From Gemmatimonadaceae bacterium (lineage in GTDB: Bacteria > Gemmatimonadota > Gemmatimonadetes > Gemmatimonadales > Gemmatimonadaceae): DNA of 64,000 nt. Every line of letters begins with the position of its first letter. The stretch's first letter is position 1. Below are positions 23,148-34,869 of this stretch, in pieces. The position numbers and the translations under genes were made by a program. The notes below the pieces were generated by a model. It was given only the letters and a program-made list of their open reading frames with translations. It was not told the origin of the DNA and did no database searches. The DNA is taken from assembly GCA_033763905.1 (NCBI GenBank), contig JANRJP010000037.1, positions 1 through 64,000 of the forward strand, given 5' to 3'.

Positions 23148-24619
23148 TCCTCACCACCGATCAGATCTTCGAGGAACTTGGCCACGCGCGGGTCCTTCGA
23201 CTGCGACAGCCAGAAGATCGCCTTCTTGCGGATCTCACGGTCCGGGTCCGACTTGGCCATCGCCATCAGGCGATCCACCGCTTGCGGCTCCTGCCGCTGG
23301 CCAAGCACGAAGGCATACTGCTGCTTCAGCTCGCGATCGTTGGCTTTCGAGTAGAAGCGCTGCAGGGCGTCGAGATCGATCGACGGCGACTGGCCGGCCC
23401 AGAACAGCGCCTTCTTGCGGACGGCCACCGACTCCCGTTCATCCGCCGCGACATCGAGCAGCCACGAGGCGTTGTCGCCATCACGGGACTGTGAGGCCGC
23501 GAAGAGCACCTTCTCCTTCAACTGGGGTTCCTCGAGCGTCGACCACAGCTTGCGGACCTGCGCGCTGCCGCCCTCGGACATCCCGAGCCACTGAATGGCG
23601 TCGGCGCGGACTTCAACGGCCAGTGACCGCCGACTGGCGAAGGCGTAGAGCTTCTCGCTCGCCGCCGGCAGCTTGAGTTGCGACAACGAGAACACCGCCT
23701 TCTTCTGGATGCCGACGTCGCTTGCATCATCGACGAGCTTGCCCAGCACGTCCACCGCGCGGTCGGTACCCACCTGCGACAACCAGAAGACCGCCTGCTC
23801 CCGCACCTGACGGTCGGGATCGTTCTGTACACTCTTGAGCAGCACATCCTCCACACCGGGCCGACGCTTCTGCGAGACGATGAACACCGCCTTGCGGCGC
23901 AGGCGCACGGTGCACGGGTCGCGCCGATCGAGCACTCGCATCAGGATCGGCACCGCGCGTTCGGCGTCGACCTGCATCAGCGCATTGAGTGCCTCGATCC
24001 GTTCTTCGGTGTTGCTCTGCTCGCACTCGGGGGCGGACTCGCGCTCCGTCGAGTTCGCGCGCTCGATGGGACTCAGTGCGGCCAGCCGCGACGCACCTTC
24101 CAGGACCGCCTCGGCGCTCGGCGCGTCACCCCGGCGCGCCAACTGGCCGGCGACCCGCGTGAGCAGACTGCGGGCATCGCTCGTGGTCGCCGCCTTGGGA
24201 TACCGCTCGATCTGGCGCTGCAACGCATCGCGGGCAGCGGCGAGGTTGGCATCGCCACCGGCGCGATATCGTGCAAAGGCTTCCCAATATCCGGCATCCG
24301 CGGCGTAGGCCGACTTGCCGAATCGCGTGCGCACTTCGGAGAAGAGCGCGGCCGCGCGTTCGAGCTCGTCGCGCTCGAGTGCGCGACGCGCCAGACGGTA
24401 CACCGAATCTGCGGGGTCCCGCTGCCCCTCATCGGGCGGCGATGGCACCGCCAGTAGCCACGACGCGGCGGGCGCCGCAGCTGGCCCGGGTGATTTCGCG
24501 CTGGCTGGACCGACGGCAGCGGCCGCGGGTGGCATCGGCGCGACGGGACGCTGCGCCCGTGCCGGTACGGCAGGCAGCGTGACTTGCAACAGGGCGAGCG
24601 TGCTGAGGAGGGGCATCAT
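23144..24619 (-). CDS. Exported TPR-like plus HEAT-repeat protein (large)
   Basis: MMPLLSTLALLQ signal-like start, TPR-like ADSVYRLARRAL...YAADAGYWEAFARY, about nine (R/K)xxA(V/L)FxLSQ repeats. Confidence 0.85.
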   Translation of the reverse strand: MMPLLSTLALLQVTLPAVPARAQRPVAPMPPAAAAVGPASAKSPGPAAAPAASWLLAVPSPPDEGQRDPADSVYRLARRALERDELERAAALFSEVRTRFGKSAYAADAGYWEAFARYRAGGDANLAAARDALQRQIERYPKAATTSDARSLLTRVAGQLARRGDAPSAEAVLEGASRLAALSPIERANSTERESAPECEQSNTEERIEALNALMQVDAERAVPILMRVLDRRDPCTVRLRRKAVFIVSQKRRPGVEDVLLKSVQNDPDRQVREQAVFWLSQVGTDRAVDVLGKLVDDASDVGIQKKAVFSLSQLKLPAASEKLYAFASRRSLAVEVRADAIQWLGMSEGGSAQVRKLWSTLEEPQLKEKVLFAASQSRDGDNASWLLDVAADERESVAVRKKALFWAGQSPSIDLDALQRFYSKANDRELKQQYAFVLGQRQEPQAVDRLMAMAKSDPDREIRKKAIFWLSQSKDPRVAKFLEDLIGGEE

Positions 24620-25308
24620 TCGGAGATAGGCAAAGGAGACGAGTCCGTGGTCCCGTTGCTGAGCGCACGGAGACGGGAAATCACGTTGCGACGCGTGAGC
24701 TGTTCGGAGAGGAGATCGGTGTCGGCCGAGCGACGGGCAACTGAAGCCTGCACGAGGGCCGCGAGCAGGAGCTCCAGCTCTTCGAGCAGTGCCCGTTCGC
24801 GCGGATCGCGAGCGGCCGGAGAATCGAGCAGCAGGCGGGTGGTGCTCAGCAGGTCTCGCGCCCACGGCTCGAGATCCGCCGCCGGCTGACCCGCGGCGGT
24901 TTGGGCGCGAAACGCCGTCAGCAGGGCCTCGGTGCGACCCAGATGCTGCCGCGCAGCTAGCGCCAACGCCGGCGACTCCACCACCGTCGAGTCCCGCTGG
25001 GCCACGATCACGCCTGGCGCCCGTACCCGACCGCCGCGAGACAGGCGACCAATGCCGATCCCGATCACCAGCGTGGCCGCGAGCGCCAGCGTCGCGCGGA
25101 CCACCGGCCGTCGCGTCCACGACAGCACCGTTCGTTCCTGTGCTCGAGCGTCGAGTCGCGCACGCACCGCCGCTTCGATGGCATCGACGGGAGCGGGCAT
25201 CGGCGGCTCGTGATACTGTCGGGCGACGGCCAGCCATTCGGCGGGCAGCGGTGCGCCGTCCGCGTCGGGCAGGTCGTCAGGGAGGGAGGCGTCGTCGAAG
25301 GGCGTCAC
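24616..25308 (-). CDS. Putative single-pass membrane anti-sigma factor
   Basis: Follows the ECF sigma gene; YHEPP, TM ATLALAATLVIGIGIG, helical C-terminal domain; GTG 25308 start uncertain. Confidence 0.7.
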   Translation of the reverse strand: MTPFDDASLPDDLPDADGAPLPAEWLAVARQYHEPPMPAPVDAIEAAVRARLDARAQERTVLSWTRRPVVRATLALAATLVIGIGIGRLSRGGRVRAPGVIVAQRDSTVVESPALALAARQHLGRTEALLTAFRAQTAAGQPAADLEPWARDLLSTTRLLLDSPAARDPRERALLEELELLLAALVQASVARRSADTDLLSEQLTRRNVISRLRALSNGTTDSSPLPISE

Positions 25309-25354
25309 GCGAACACTGACAGCCGAAGGGTCGGAAAGGTTGGCTCGTTCGGCA

Positions 25355-25846
25355 TCACGCGGTGGCCGCCGGACGGAGCGGGCCGAGCATTTCCCGCAAC
25401 TTCGCGCGGGCGCGGAACAACTGGGCCTTCGAGGTGCCAACGGTCACGTCGAGAGCGGCCGCGATTTCCTCGTGGGTGTAGCCCTGCACGTCGAACATCA
25501 GGAACACCGTGCGGTAGCCGTCGGGGAGCGCGTCGATGGCGGCGTGCAACCGCTCGCGCAGGTACGGATCGGTCGCGCCCGGTTCGGTCGTCGCGAGCAC
25601 CGGGGCGCGGTCGGGATCGTCGAATGAGATCTCGCGTTGGTGCTTGCGCTTTCGTGCGCGGAGCGCGTTCAGCGCGATCGAGACGCAAATGCGGTGGAGC
25701 CAGGTGCCATAGGCCGCGTCGCCACGAAACTGGGCGCCCTTTTCGTGGGCACGCACCAGCGTGTCCTGCACGCACTCACGCGCCTCGGCGTCGCTGCCGA
25801 GCAACCGAAAGGCCAGGGCATAGAGTCGTGCGGTGTCCGCGGTCAC
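25355..25846 (-). CDS. ECF RNA polymerase sigma factor
   Basis: Region 2 LYALAFRLL...VQDTLVRA...FRG....TWLHRI..N and region 4 AIDALP..YRTVF....GYTHEEIA..L....GTSKAQLFRAR; GTG 25846 chosen because TAGTAT lies 5 nt upstream. Confidence 0.9.
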   Translation of the reverse strand: MTADTARLYALAFRLLGSDAEARECVQDTLVRAHEKGAQFRGDAAYGTWLHRICVSIALNALRARKRKHQREISFDDPDRAPVLATTEPGATDPYLRERLHAAIDALPDGYRTVFLMFDVQGYTHEEIAAALDVTVGTSKAQLFRARAKLREMLGPLRPAATA

Positions 25847-25947
25847 GTGCGATACTACGGGCGAAGAGGGGGAATGGCTTCGGACCGTACCGTAGACACC
25901 GGACCCCCCACGACTGGTTGGCTGGCGTCGCACACCCGAGGGATCCG

Positions 25948-27264
25948 ATGGATCGTCGGCACTTTCTGCACTATGCGGCAGCGCTCGCCGCCGGGCCGTT
26001 GGTCGGCACGTCCGCGGGCGGACATTCGCCCGTGTTCCAGACTCCCCTGCGGGTCAACGGCGAGCGGCTCAACCGGTGGCTGACGGCCTTTGATGCGGTG
26101 GGTCGGACCCCCGGCGGCATCAACCGGGTGGCGTACTCCGACGCGGACCTGGCGGGGCGGGCCTTCACGATGGACCTGTACCGTCAGGCCGGGCTGACGC
26201 CGCGCATCGATGCGATCGGCAACATCTTTGGCCGGCTCCCAGGCGCTGATCCGTCGCTTCCGCCCATCGTGATCGGCTCGCACGTCGACTCGGTCACGGA
26301 CGGGGGCAACTTCGACGGCCCGGTTGGCACCTTCGGGGCGATCGAAGTCGCGCGGTCCCTGCAGGATCAGCGGCGGCGACTCCGCCATCCGCTCGATGTC
26401 GTGACGTGGTCGAACGAGGAGGGAGGCACCATCGGCAGCGCCCTCGCCATCGGAGCGCTGGGAGACGCGGACCTAGAGCGCGTCGCACGCTCCGGGATCA
26501 CGATTCGAGACGGCATCCGCCGCATTGGCGGTGACCCCGCCCGCATCGGGGACGCGATCCTCCGCCGCGGCGAGGTGGCGGCCTATCTGGAATTGCACAT
26601 CGAACAAGGCGGTCGGCTGGAGCAGGCGGGCCGTCAGATCGGCGTCGTGGAGGGCATCGTCGGACTGCACTGGTTGCAGGTCACCGTCACCGGTATGGCC
26701 AACCACGCCGGCGCGACGCCAATGGACCAGCGGCAGGATGCGCTGTTGGCTGCCGCCAGGTTCACGGTGGCCGTGAATGAGGAGGTGCGTCGCGCTGCCG
26801 GTCGCACCGTCGCGACCGTGGGCCGGCTGGTCGTCAGTCCGAACACCACCAACATCATTCCGGCGCAAGTCGTGCTCACGGTGGACTTGCGCGATCTCGA
26901 GGCCGCGACGATCGCACGATTCGCGCAACGGTTCCGGCAGCTCGGCGCCGAGATTGCCGCCGCGACCGACACGCGCATCGGTATCGAAACGACGCAGGAC
27001 AGTGCGCCCGCCCTGGCCACGCCCTCGGTAATGGACGCGATCGATGCCGCCGCCGGCGCCCTCGGTCTGAGCCGGCAGCGGATGCCCAGCGGGGCGGGGC
27101 ACGACGCGCAAGAGATGGCCCGAATCGCGCCGATGGGCATGATCTTCATCCCCAGCGTGGGCGGCATCAGTCACTCGCCGCGGGAGTTCTCGCGCCCGGA
27201 GGACATCGCCAACGGCGCCCACGTGCTCCTCAACAGCGTGATCGCGATCGATCAGCAGCGCTGA
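25948..27264 (+). CDS. M20 family Zn-dependent amidohydrolase (allantoate amidohydrolase/N-carbamoylase-like) with Tat signal
   Basis: MDRRHFL Tat motif, GSHVDS, GNFDG, NEEG, ELHIEQG, NHAG.TPM, SGAGHDA, SHSPRE. Confidence 0.92.
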   Translation: MDRRHFLHYAAALAAGPLVGTSAGGHSPVFQTPLRVNGERLNRWLTAFDAVGRTPGGINRVAYSDADLAGRAFTMDLYRQAGLTPRIDAIGNIFGRLPGADPSLPPIVIGSHVDSVTDGGNFDGPVGTFGAIEVARSLQDQRRRLRHPLDVVTWSNEEGGTIGSALAIGALGDADLERVARSGITIRDGIRRIGGDPARIGDAILRRGEVAAYLELHIEQGGRLEQAGRQIGVVEGIVGLHWLQVTVTGMANHAGATPMDQRQDALLAAARFTVAVNEEVRRAAGRTVATVGRLVVSPNTTNIIPAQVVLTVDLRDLEAATIARFAQRFRQLGAEIAAATDTRIGIETTQDSAPALATPSVMDAIDAAAGALGLSRQRMPSGAGHDAQEMARIAPMGMIFIPSVGGISHSPREFSRPEDIANGAHVLLNSVIAIDQQR

Positions 27265-27327
27265 GCGCACCTCGCTCGGGACTCAAGGGGCGACGCGGCG
27301 CGCCGACACTCCTCAGAGGAGGAGCCC

Positions 27328-29186
<1,859 letters not shown>

Positions 29187-29190
<4 letters not shown>

Positions 29191-29402
29191 GAGACCAGGC
29201 GCTCGGTCGCCTGCGCGGCGCGCGCGACCGCCGCGCGAATCGCGTCGCAGTGCTCCACGAGCGGGGATGTCGGATCGAGCTCGTCGGAGAGGAACTCCGC
29301 GTGACACTCGATGATCGTGAGCAGGTTGTTGAGCGTCTGCGCGGCGGTGACGGCACGCGTTGACCGCGGCATCGCGCGATCGATCGGGGTGCTCTGAGGC
29401 AT
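29187..29402 (-). CDS. Small stand-alone HisKA/DHp-like protein lacking the phospho-acceptor His
   Basis: AAQTLNNLLTII...AEFL.DELDP.SPL....AIRAA..RAA..T.RL parallels the AHDFNNLLTVI class of DHp helices; start ATG 29402 or 29372. Confidence 0.6.
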
Positions 29403-29520
29403 TGGGAACACCAGTCGGCAGAGGGGACGCGGCGACGTAGTCACGGCGCGACGTCCCTCATTCTGCCACGTCGATCCCGTGCCGCCCATCGCCCAATGGA
29501 TGGAGCGGCGCGCCACTCCC

Positions 29521-30075
29521 CTATAGGCGCGGCAGCGTCACGCCAACCTGGCCCTGATACTTGCCCTTCTTGTCGCGGTACGAGACCTCGGGCGGCTCGA
29601 TCCCCTTGAAGAAGAGCACCTGCGCGATGCCTTCATTCGCGTAGATCTTCGCCGGCAGCGGCGTCGTGTTCGAAATCTCCAGTGTCACGTAGCCTTCCCA
29701 TTCGGGCTCGAAGGGCGTGACGTTGGTAATGATGCCGCAGCGCGCGTAGGTCGACTTGCCGACGGTGATCGTCATGATGTCGCGCGGAATCCGGAAGTAC
29801 TCCACCGACCGGGCCAGCGCGAAGGAGTTGGGCGGCACGATGCACACGTCGCCCTCGAACTCCACGAACGACTTGGGATCAAACGCCTTCGGGTCGACGA
29901 TGCTGCTCAGCGCGTTGGTGAAGATCTTGAACTCCCGCGCGACACGCATGTCGTAACCGTAGGCGCTCACCCCGTAGCTGATCACGCCGGCGCGCACCTG
30001 GCTGTTCTCGAAGGGCTCGATCATCCCGTGCTTGGTGGCGTACTCGGTGATCAGGCGGTCGTTCAGAATGGACAT
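29521..30075 (-). CDS. dcd: dCTP deaminase
   Basis: [39 protein letters not shown]. Confidence 0.96.
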   Translation of the reverse strand: MSILNDRLITEYATKHGMIEPFENSQVRAGVISYGVSAYGYDMRVAREFKIFTNALSSIVDPKAFDPKSFVEFEGDVCIVPPNSFALARSVEYFRIPRDIMTITVGKSTYARCGIITNVTPFEPEWEGYVTLEISNTTPLPAKIYANEGIAQVLFFKGIEPPEVSYRDKKGKYQGQVGVTLPRL

Positions 30076-30175
30076 CGGTCGACAGGTGGGGGCGGGGGGG
30101 CAAACGGCTGTGCGTCGCGGTAATCTGTACGCCGTGGCTCCGGTTTGCCTCCCCCGAATCCTCCACCCGCCCTGT

Positions 30176-31570
30176 ATGCGTCGCGTCGCGCCGTCCCCTC
30201 TTGTCGCCCTGCTGCTGGCTACCATCCTTGGCGCGAGCGCCTGCTCGAAGCCCCCGGCCGAGGAGGCGCCCAAGGGACCGCCGCCCGAGCACGCCGCGTG
30301 GACGACCCGCGCGAACATCTACGAGGTGAACATCCGGCAGTACACGCCGGAGGGGACCTTCAAGGCCTTCGAGCGGGAGCTGCCCCGCCTGCGTCAGATG
30401 GGGGTGGACATCTTGTGGGTGATGCCCCTGCAGCCGATCGGGGAGCTCAACCGCAAGGGATCGCTCGGGTCCTACTACTCGATCCGCGACTACCGTGGGA
30501 TCAACCCCGAGTTCGGGACGGCCGAGGACCTCAAGTCCCTGATCACCACTGCCCACGGCCTCGGGCTCAAGGTGATTCTCGACTGGGTGGCGAATCACAC
30601 CTCGTTCGATCACGCGTGGACGAAGGAGCACCCCGACTGGTATACCCGCCGCGCCGACGGCTCGATCTCGATGGCGGTGGACAACAACGGCAAGGAAACC
30701 GATTGGAGCGACGTCGCCGACCTCAACTACGGCAACGCCGAAATGCGCGCCGAGATGCTGCGCACGATGCAGTGGTGGATCCGCGAGTACCAACTGGACG
30801 GGTTCCGGTGCGACGTCGCCGGCTTCGTGCCCTACGACTTCTGGACGCAGGTGTCGGACAGCCTGCGCGCGATGAAGCCCGACGTGTTTCTGCTGGCGGA
30901 GTGGGAGGACCCCAAGCTGCACCCGGCGTTCGATATGACCTATGGATGGGAACTGCACCATCTGCTGAACGGGATGGCCAAGGGGCAGAAGCGCGCCGTT
31001 GACCTGAAGGCCTACCTCGACAAGCAGCACGCCGAATGGCCGGCGAACGCGTATCGGATGTATTTCACGTCCAGCCACGACGAGAACTCGTGGAACGGCA
31101 GCGAGTTCGAGCGGATGGGCAAGGCGTCGGAAGCGGGCTTCGTCGTGGCGGCCACGTTCGAAGGCGGGATGCCGATGGTGTACTCGGGGCAGGAGGCGAG
31201 CCTGTCGAAGCGGCTCCGGTTCTTCGACAAGGACACCATCCCGTGGCCCGGGACGAACGTGACGCCATTCTATTCGGCGCTTCTGGCGCTCAAGCACGAC
31301 GCCCCGGCGTTGGCGAATGGCGCGGCCGGGGGGCGTCAGCAGTGGCTGGCGGCGGACAGTGGCTCGTCGGCGGTCGCGTACCTGCGGTCGGCGGACTCGA
31401 GCCACGTGGTGGTCTTCGCGAACTTCGGGGCCAAGCCCGTATCCGTCGCCTACAAGGGACTGACCGCCGCGGGCGCATTCCGCGAGATCTTCAGCGGCGC
31501 CACCGACACCTTGCGCGTCGACGGCACGGTGTCACTGCCGGCGTTCGGGTACAAGGTGTATCGCCGGTAG
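30176..31570 (+). CDS. GH13 alpha-amylase family glycosyl hydrolase, predicted lipoprotein
   Basis: Lipobox [30 protein letters not shown]. Confidence 0.92.
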   Translation: MRRVAPSPLVALLLATILGASACSKPPAEEAPKGPPPEHAAWTTRANIYEVNIRQYTPEGTFKAFERELPRLRQMGVDILWVMPLQPIGELNRKGSLGSYYSIRDYRGINPEFGTAEDLKSLITTAHGLGLKVILDWVANHTSFDHAWTKEHPDWYTRRADGSISMAVDNNGKETDWSDVADLNYGNAEMRAEMLRTMQWWIREYQLDGFRCDVAGFVPYDFWTQVSDSLRAMKPDVFLLAEWEDPKLHPAFDMTYGWELHHLLNGMAKGQKRAVDLKAYLDKQHAEWPANAYRMYFTSSHDENSWNGSEFERMGKASEAGFVVAATFEGGMPMVYSGQEASLSKRLRFFDKDTIPWPGTNVTPFYSALLALKHDAPALANGAAGGRQQWLAADSGSSAVAYLRSADSSHVVVFANFGAKPVSVAYKGLTAAGAFREIFSGATDTLRVDGTVSLPAFGYKVYRR

Positions 31571-31749
31571 TCGCGCGGCGGCCGCCGGTCGGCAAAGGAC
31601 TGGGCGAACGGGTGGGGTGTCGACCTGCGCAAAGTGGTACAATTGGCAGGGATTTATCGGAACGGCTGGCGGTAGGACCACCCGTTCCGGTTTCCTCACT
31701 ACCCGATCGGGTAGGTCTCTCAGAGGGAAAACGGAGCCGATACTCGCAT

Positions 31750-31779
31750 TTGACACCCTACCTACACGGGGAGTATCGT
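31750..31779 (+). promoter_or_regulatory. Putative sigma70 promoter of the nuo operon
   Basis: TTGACA-18 nt-TATCGT, ending 45 nt upstream of the nuoA ATG. Confidence 0.7.
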
Positions 31780-31794
31780 ACCCGACCAGCTCGC

Positions 31795-31812
31795 TCGTGA
31801 AAGATTTCACAA
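31795..31812. promoter_or_regulatory. Rex-type operator upstream of nuoA
   Basis: TCGTGAA-AGAT-TTCACAA, one arm mismatch to the Rex consensus TTGTGAA-N4-TTCACAA; lies between promoter and start codon. Confidence 0.75.
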
Positions 31813-31824
31813 GCTCGTAACTCA

Positions 31825-32232
31825 ATGGCTTCTGCGTACTTGCCGGTTCTGATGCTGCTCGGGTTCGTCGTCGTGAACGCCGCGCTCATCATCGGGCTGT
31901 CGCACTATCTCACCGTCCGCCGACCGACGGACGCCAAGCTGCAGCCGTACGAGTCCGGCATCGCGCCGCTCGGCGATGCACGCGATCGCTTCTCGGTGAA
32001 GTTCTATCTCGTCGCGATGCTCTTCATCGTCTTCGACATCGAGACGGTGTTCATGGTGCCGTGGGGGGTGCTGTATCGCGACCTGTCCTGCGCCGTGCCG
32101 AGGCTCGCGAATGGGGCGTGCCCAGCGGGGATGGTGTCGTTCTTCGGCCTGGGCGAGATGCTCGTGTTCATGGCGATTCTCGTCGTCGGGTTAGCCTACG
32201 TCTGGAAGAAGGGGGCGCTGCAGTGGGACTGA
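31825..32232 (+). CDS. nuoA: NADH-quinone oxidoreductase subunit A
   Basis: [27 protein letters not shown]. Confidence 0.96.
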   Translation: MASAYLPVLMLLGFVVVNAALIIGLSHYLTVRRPTDAKLQPYESGIAPLGDARDRFSVKFYLVAMLFIVFDIETVFMVPWGVLYRDLSCAVPRLANGACPAGMVSFFGLGEMLVFMAILVVGLAYVWKKGALQWD

Positions 32233-32849
32233 GCACACAACCCGAGTCGAAGGCCGTGTCGATCGACGCGCCGGGCTCCGAAGGGTGGATCACCACCCGG
32301 CTCGATTTCCTCATCAACTGGTCGCGCGCGAACTCGCTCTGGCCGATGCCCTTCGGGACGGCCTGCTGCGGCATCGAGTTCATGGCGACGATGGCAAGCA
32401 AGTACGACCTGGCGCGCTTCGGGATGGAGAAGATGGGCTTCACCCCGCGCCAGGCCGACGTGCTGATCTGCGCGGGTCGCGTGCCGCTCAAACTCGCGCC
32501 GGTGCTGCGGCGCATCTACCAGCAGATGCCGCAGCCCAAGTGGGTGATCTCGATGGGCGCCTGCGCGTCGTCCGGCGGAATGTTCGACACCTACTCGGTG
32601 GTGCAGGGCATCGACACCATCATTCCGGTCGACGTGTACGTGCCGGGCTGCCCGCCGCGGCCGGAAGCCCTGATGTACGGCATTATGATGCTGCAGCAGA
32701 AGGTGCGCGGCGAGCAGTTCAAGAACGATCCAACGCGACTCGAAATCGCGCCCGATCCGAAGAGCCACCTCTACATTCCGCCGGAGCGCATCGACGAGCT
32801 GTCGGAGCCGTTCGGCAACTCGGTGCATCAGACCCGGTCGGCCCCGTGA
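32223..32849 (+). CDS. nuoB: NADH-quinone oxidoreductase subunit B
   Basis: [37 protein letters not shown] 32223. Confidence 0.96.
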   Translation: MGLSTQPESKAVSIDAPGSEGWITTRLDFLINWSRANSLWPMPFGTACCGIEFMATMASKYDLARFGMEKMGFTPRQADVLICAGRVPLKLAPVLRRIYQQMPQPKWVISMGACASSGGMFDTYSVVQGIDTIIPVDVYVPGCPPRPEALMYGIMMLQQKVRGEQFKNDPTRLEIAPDPKSHLYIPPERIDELSEPFGNSVHQTRSAP

Positions 32850-33562
32850 GCCGCGACGACACGCCGCAGATGCCGGTGATGGTCACCGGCCGCGCGTTGA
32901 CCGAGGGCACACCCGCGCCGGTGACGCCCAAGCGCGTGGCGCATCGCGGGGGCGACGAGCACCCGTCAGTGTCCGCGCTGCGCAGTGCTTTCGGCGATGC
33001 CATTCAGCGGCACGACGTCATCTGGGGCGAGACCACCGTGTATGTCTCGGTGACCCGCCTCCGCGACATCATCACGTGGTTGCACGCCGACGCGACGCAG
33101 CAGTACGACTACCTCGTCGACGTGACCGCCGTCGAGTACCGCGATCCTGACGTGCCGCTGCAGGTCGTGTGGCATCTGCGCTCGTTGCCGTATCGCCGCT
33201 TTCTCCGGATCAAGGTCGAACTCGCGAAGGACGCGCCGCTGCGGGTGCCGAGCATCACGAGCGTGTACCAGAGCGCCGATTGGCTCGAGCGGGAGGTGTA
33301 CGACATGTTCGGCATCGAGTTTGAGGGACACGCCGACCTCCGTCGCATTCTGATGTGGGAGCAGTACAAGGAAGGCCATCCGCTCCGGAAGGACTTCCCG
33401 CTCCGCGGCCGCTTCTCGCGCAGCGAGCAGCTCCGGCAGGCGCTCTCGGCGAATCCGGAGGCCCACTATTCGATGAACGAGTTGTCGGTGGCCGAGGCCT
33501 TTGGCGACCTGCCGAAGGATGTGCAGGCACGCCTCCGCGCCGGTGAGGAGACGGGCGAATGA
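32846..33562 (+). CDS. nuoC: NADH-quinone oxidoreductase subunit C
   Basis: [35 protein letters not shown] 32846. Confidence 0.95.
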   Translation: MSRDDTPQMPVMVTGRALTEGTPAPVTPKRVAHRGGDEHPSVSALRSAFGDAIQRHDVIWGETTVYVSVTRLRDIITWLHADATQQYDYLVDVTAVEYRDPDVPLQVVWHLRSLPYRRFLRIKVELAKDAPLRVPSITSVYQSADWLEREVYDMFGIEFEGHADLRRILMWEQYKEGHPLRKDFPLRGRFSRSEQLRQALSANPEAHYSMNELSVAEAFGDLPKDVQARLRAGEETGE

Positions 33563-34869
33563 GCACCCGCACGATCGAAGTCGCCCTCAGCACCACGGGG
33601 CTCGGGCCCGACGGCACGCCGCAGCGCGTGCCCCTGCTCGCGGATGCCGCCGGCAATCTGGTGCCGCTGGGCACGGCACCGCCGGCGCTCGAGCCCGATC
33701 TGGGCGGCGAGCATATGCTGATCAACATCGGCCCGCAGCACCCGGCGACGCACGGCGTGCTGCGGCTGGTGCTCGAGCTCGATGGCGAAACCGTCGTCCG
33801 TTGCGTGCCGCACATTGGCTACCTGCACTGCGGCTTCGAGAAGATCGGCGAGTATCGCCAGTACAACCAGATCATTCCGTGGACTGATCGCGAGGACTAC
33901 CTCAACTCGATCGGCAACAACGTCGCGTTCGTGCTGTCGGCCGAGCGCTTGTTCGGCGTCGAGATCACGCCGCGGTGCACGGTGCTGCGGGTAATTGCGA
34001 TGGAGCTGTCGCGGATCATCAGTCACCTCGTGTGGGTCGGCACCACCGCGATCGACATCGGGGCGTTCACGCCCTTCCTGTGGGTCTTTCAGGAACGCGA
34101 GAACGTGTACAACCTGCTCGAGGGCTGGGTGGGGGCGCGGCTCACGACCAGCGCGACCCGCGTGGGCGGGATGGCGGCCGACGTCCCCGATGGTTGGGTG
34201 GACGGGCTCCGCAATTTCGTCCGCAACTTCCCGCGCACGATCGATGAAGTCGACAAGATGCTCACGAAGAACGGCATCTGGGTCGGCCGCACGGTGGGTC
34301 TGGGCGCGATGTCGGGTCCGGAAGCGCTGAACTACGGCCTTTCCGGCCCGATGCTGCGCGCGAGCGGCGTCGACTACGACGTGCGCAAGGACGTGCCGTA
34401 CCTCGACTACGAGACCTACGACTTCGACGTGCCCGTCGGGACGGCGGGTGACGTGTACGACCGCTATCTCGTGCGGATGGAGGAGCTCCGCCAGTCGGTG
34501 CGCATTCTGGAGCAAGCGATCGCGCGCCTGCCGGATGGCCCGGTGAACATCAACGATCCGCGCGTCATCCTGCCGCCGAAGCACAAGGCGACGAGCGAGA
34601 TGGAGTCGATGATCCATCACTTCAAGCTCGTGATGGAAGGCCCGCGCCCGCCGATCGGCGAGTGCTACGTCCCGGTCGAAAGCCCCAAGGGCGAGAAGGG
34701 GTACTACCTCGTCTCCGACGGAACGTCCAAGCCGGTGCGCTGGCGCATCCGTCCGCCCTCGTTCGTGAACCTGTCGGCCATCCCGAAGATGGTCGAGGGA
34801 CATTTGCTGTCGGACGTGATTGCCATCAACGCGTCCATCGACATCGTGATGGGAGAGATCGACCGGTGA
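33559..34869 (+). CDS. nuoD: NADH-quinone oxidoreductase subunit D
   Basis: NIGPQHPATHGVLR, GYLH.GFEK, ESPKGE, DIVMGEIDR. Confidence 0.97.
   Translation: MSTRTIEVALSTTGLGPDGTPQRVPLLADAAGNLVPLGTAPPALEPDLGGEHMLINIGPQHPATHGVLRLVLELDGETVVRCVPHIGYLHCGFEKIGEYRQYNQIIPWTDREDYLNSIGNNVAFVLSAERLFGVEITPRCTVLRVIAMELSRIISHLVWVGTTAIDIGAFTPFLWVFQERENVYNLLEGWVGARLTTSATRVGGMAADVPDGWVDGLRNFVRNFPRTIDEVDKMLTKNGIWVGRTVGLGAMSGPEALNYGLSGPMLRASGVDYDVRKDVPYLDYETYDFDVPVGTAGDVYDRYLVRMEELRQSVRILEQAIARLPDGPVNINDPRVILPPKHKATSEMESMIHHFKLVMEGPRPPIGECYVPVESPKGEKGYYLVSDGTSKPVRWRIRPPSFVNLSAIPKMVEGHLLSDVIAINASIDIVMGEIDR

Noticed and set aside
29417..29513. GC-rich hairpins between dcd and the DHp-like ORF
   Set aside because: Imperfect stems with no U-tract or recognisable riboswitch motif; not distinguishable from GC-rich background.
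31532..31825. Small ORFs in the nuo upstream region (97 aa minus strand, 67 aa plus strand)
   Set aside because: No motifs, and they overlap promoter and operator signals; more likely non-coding.
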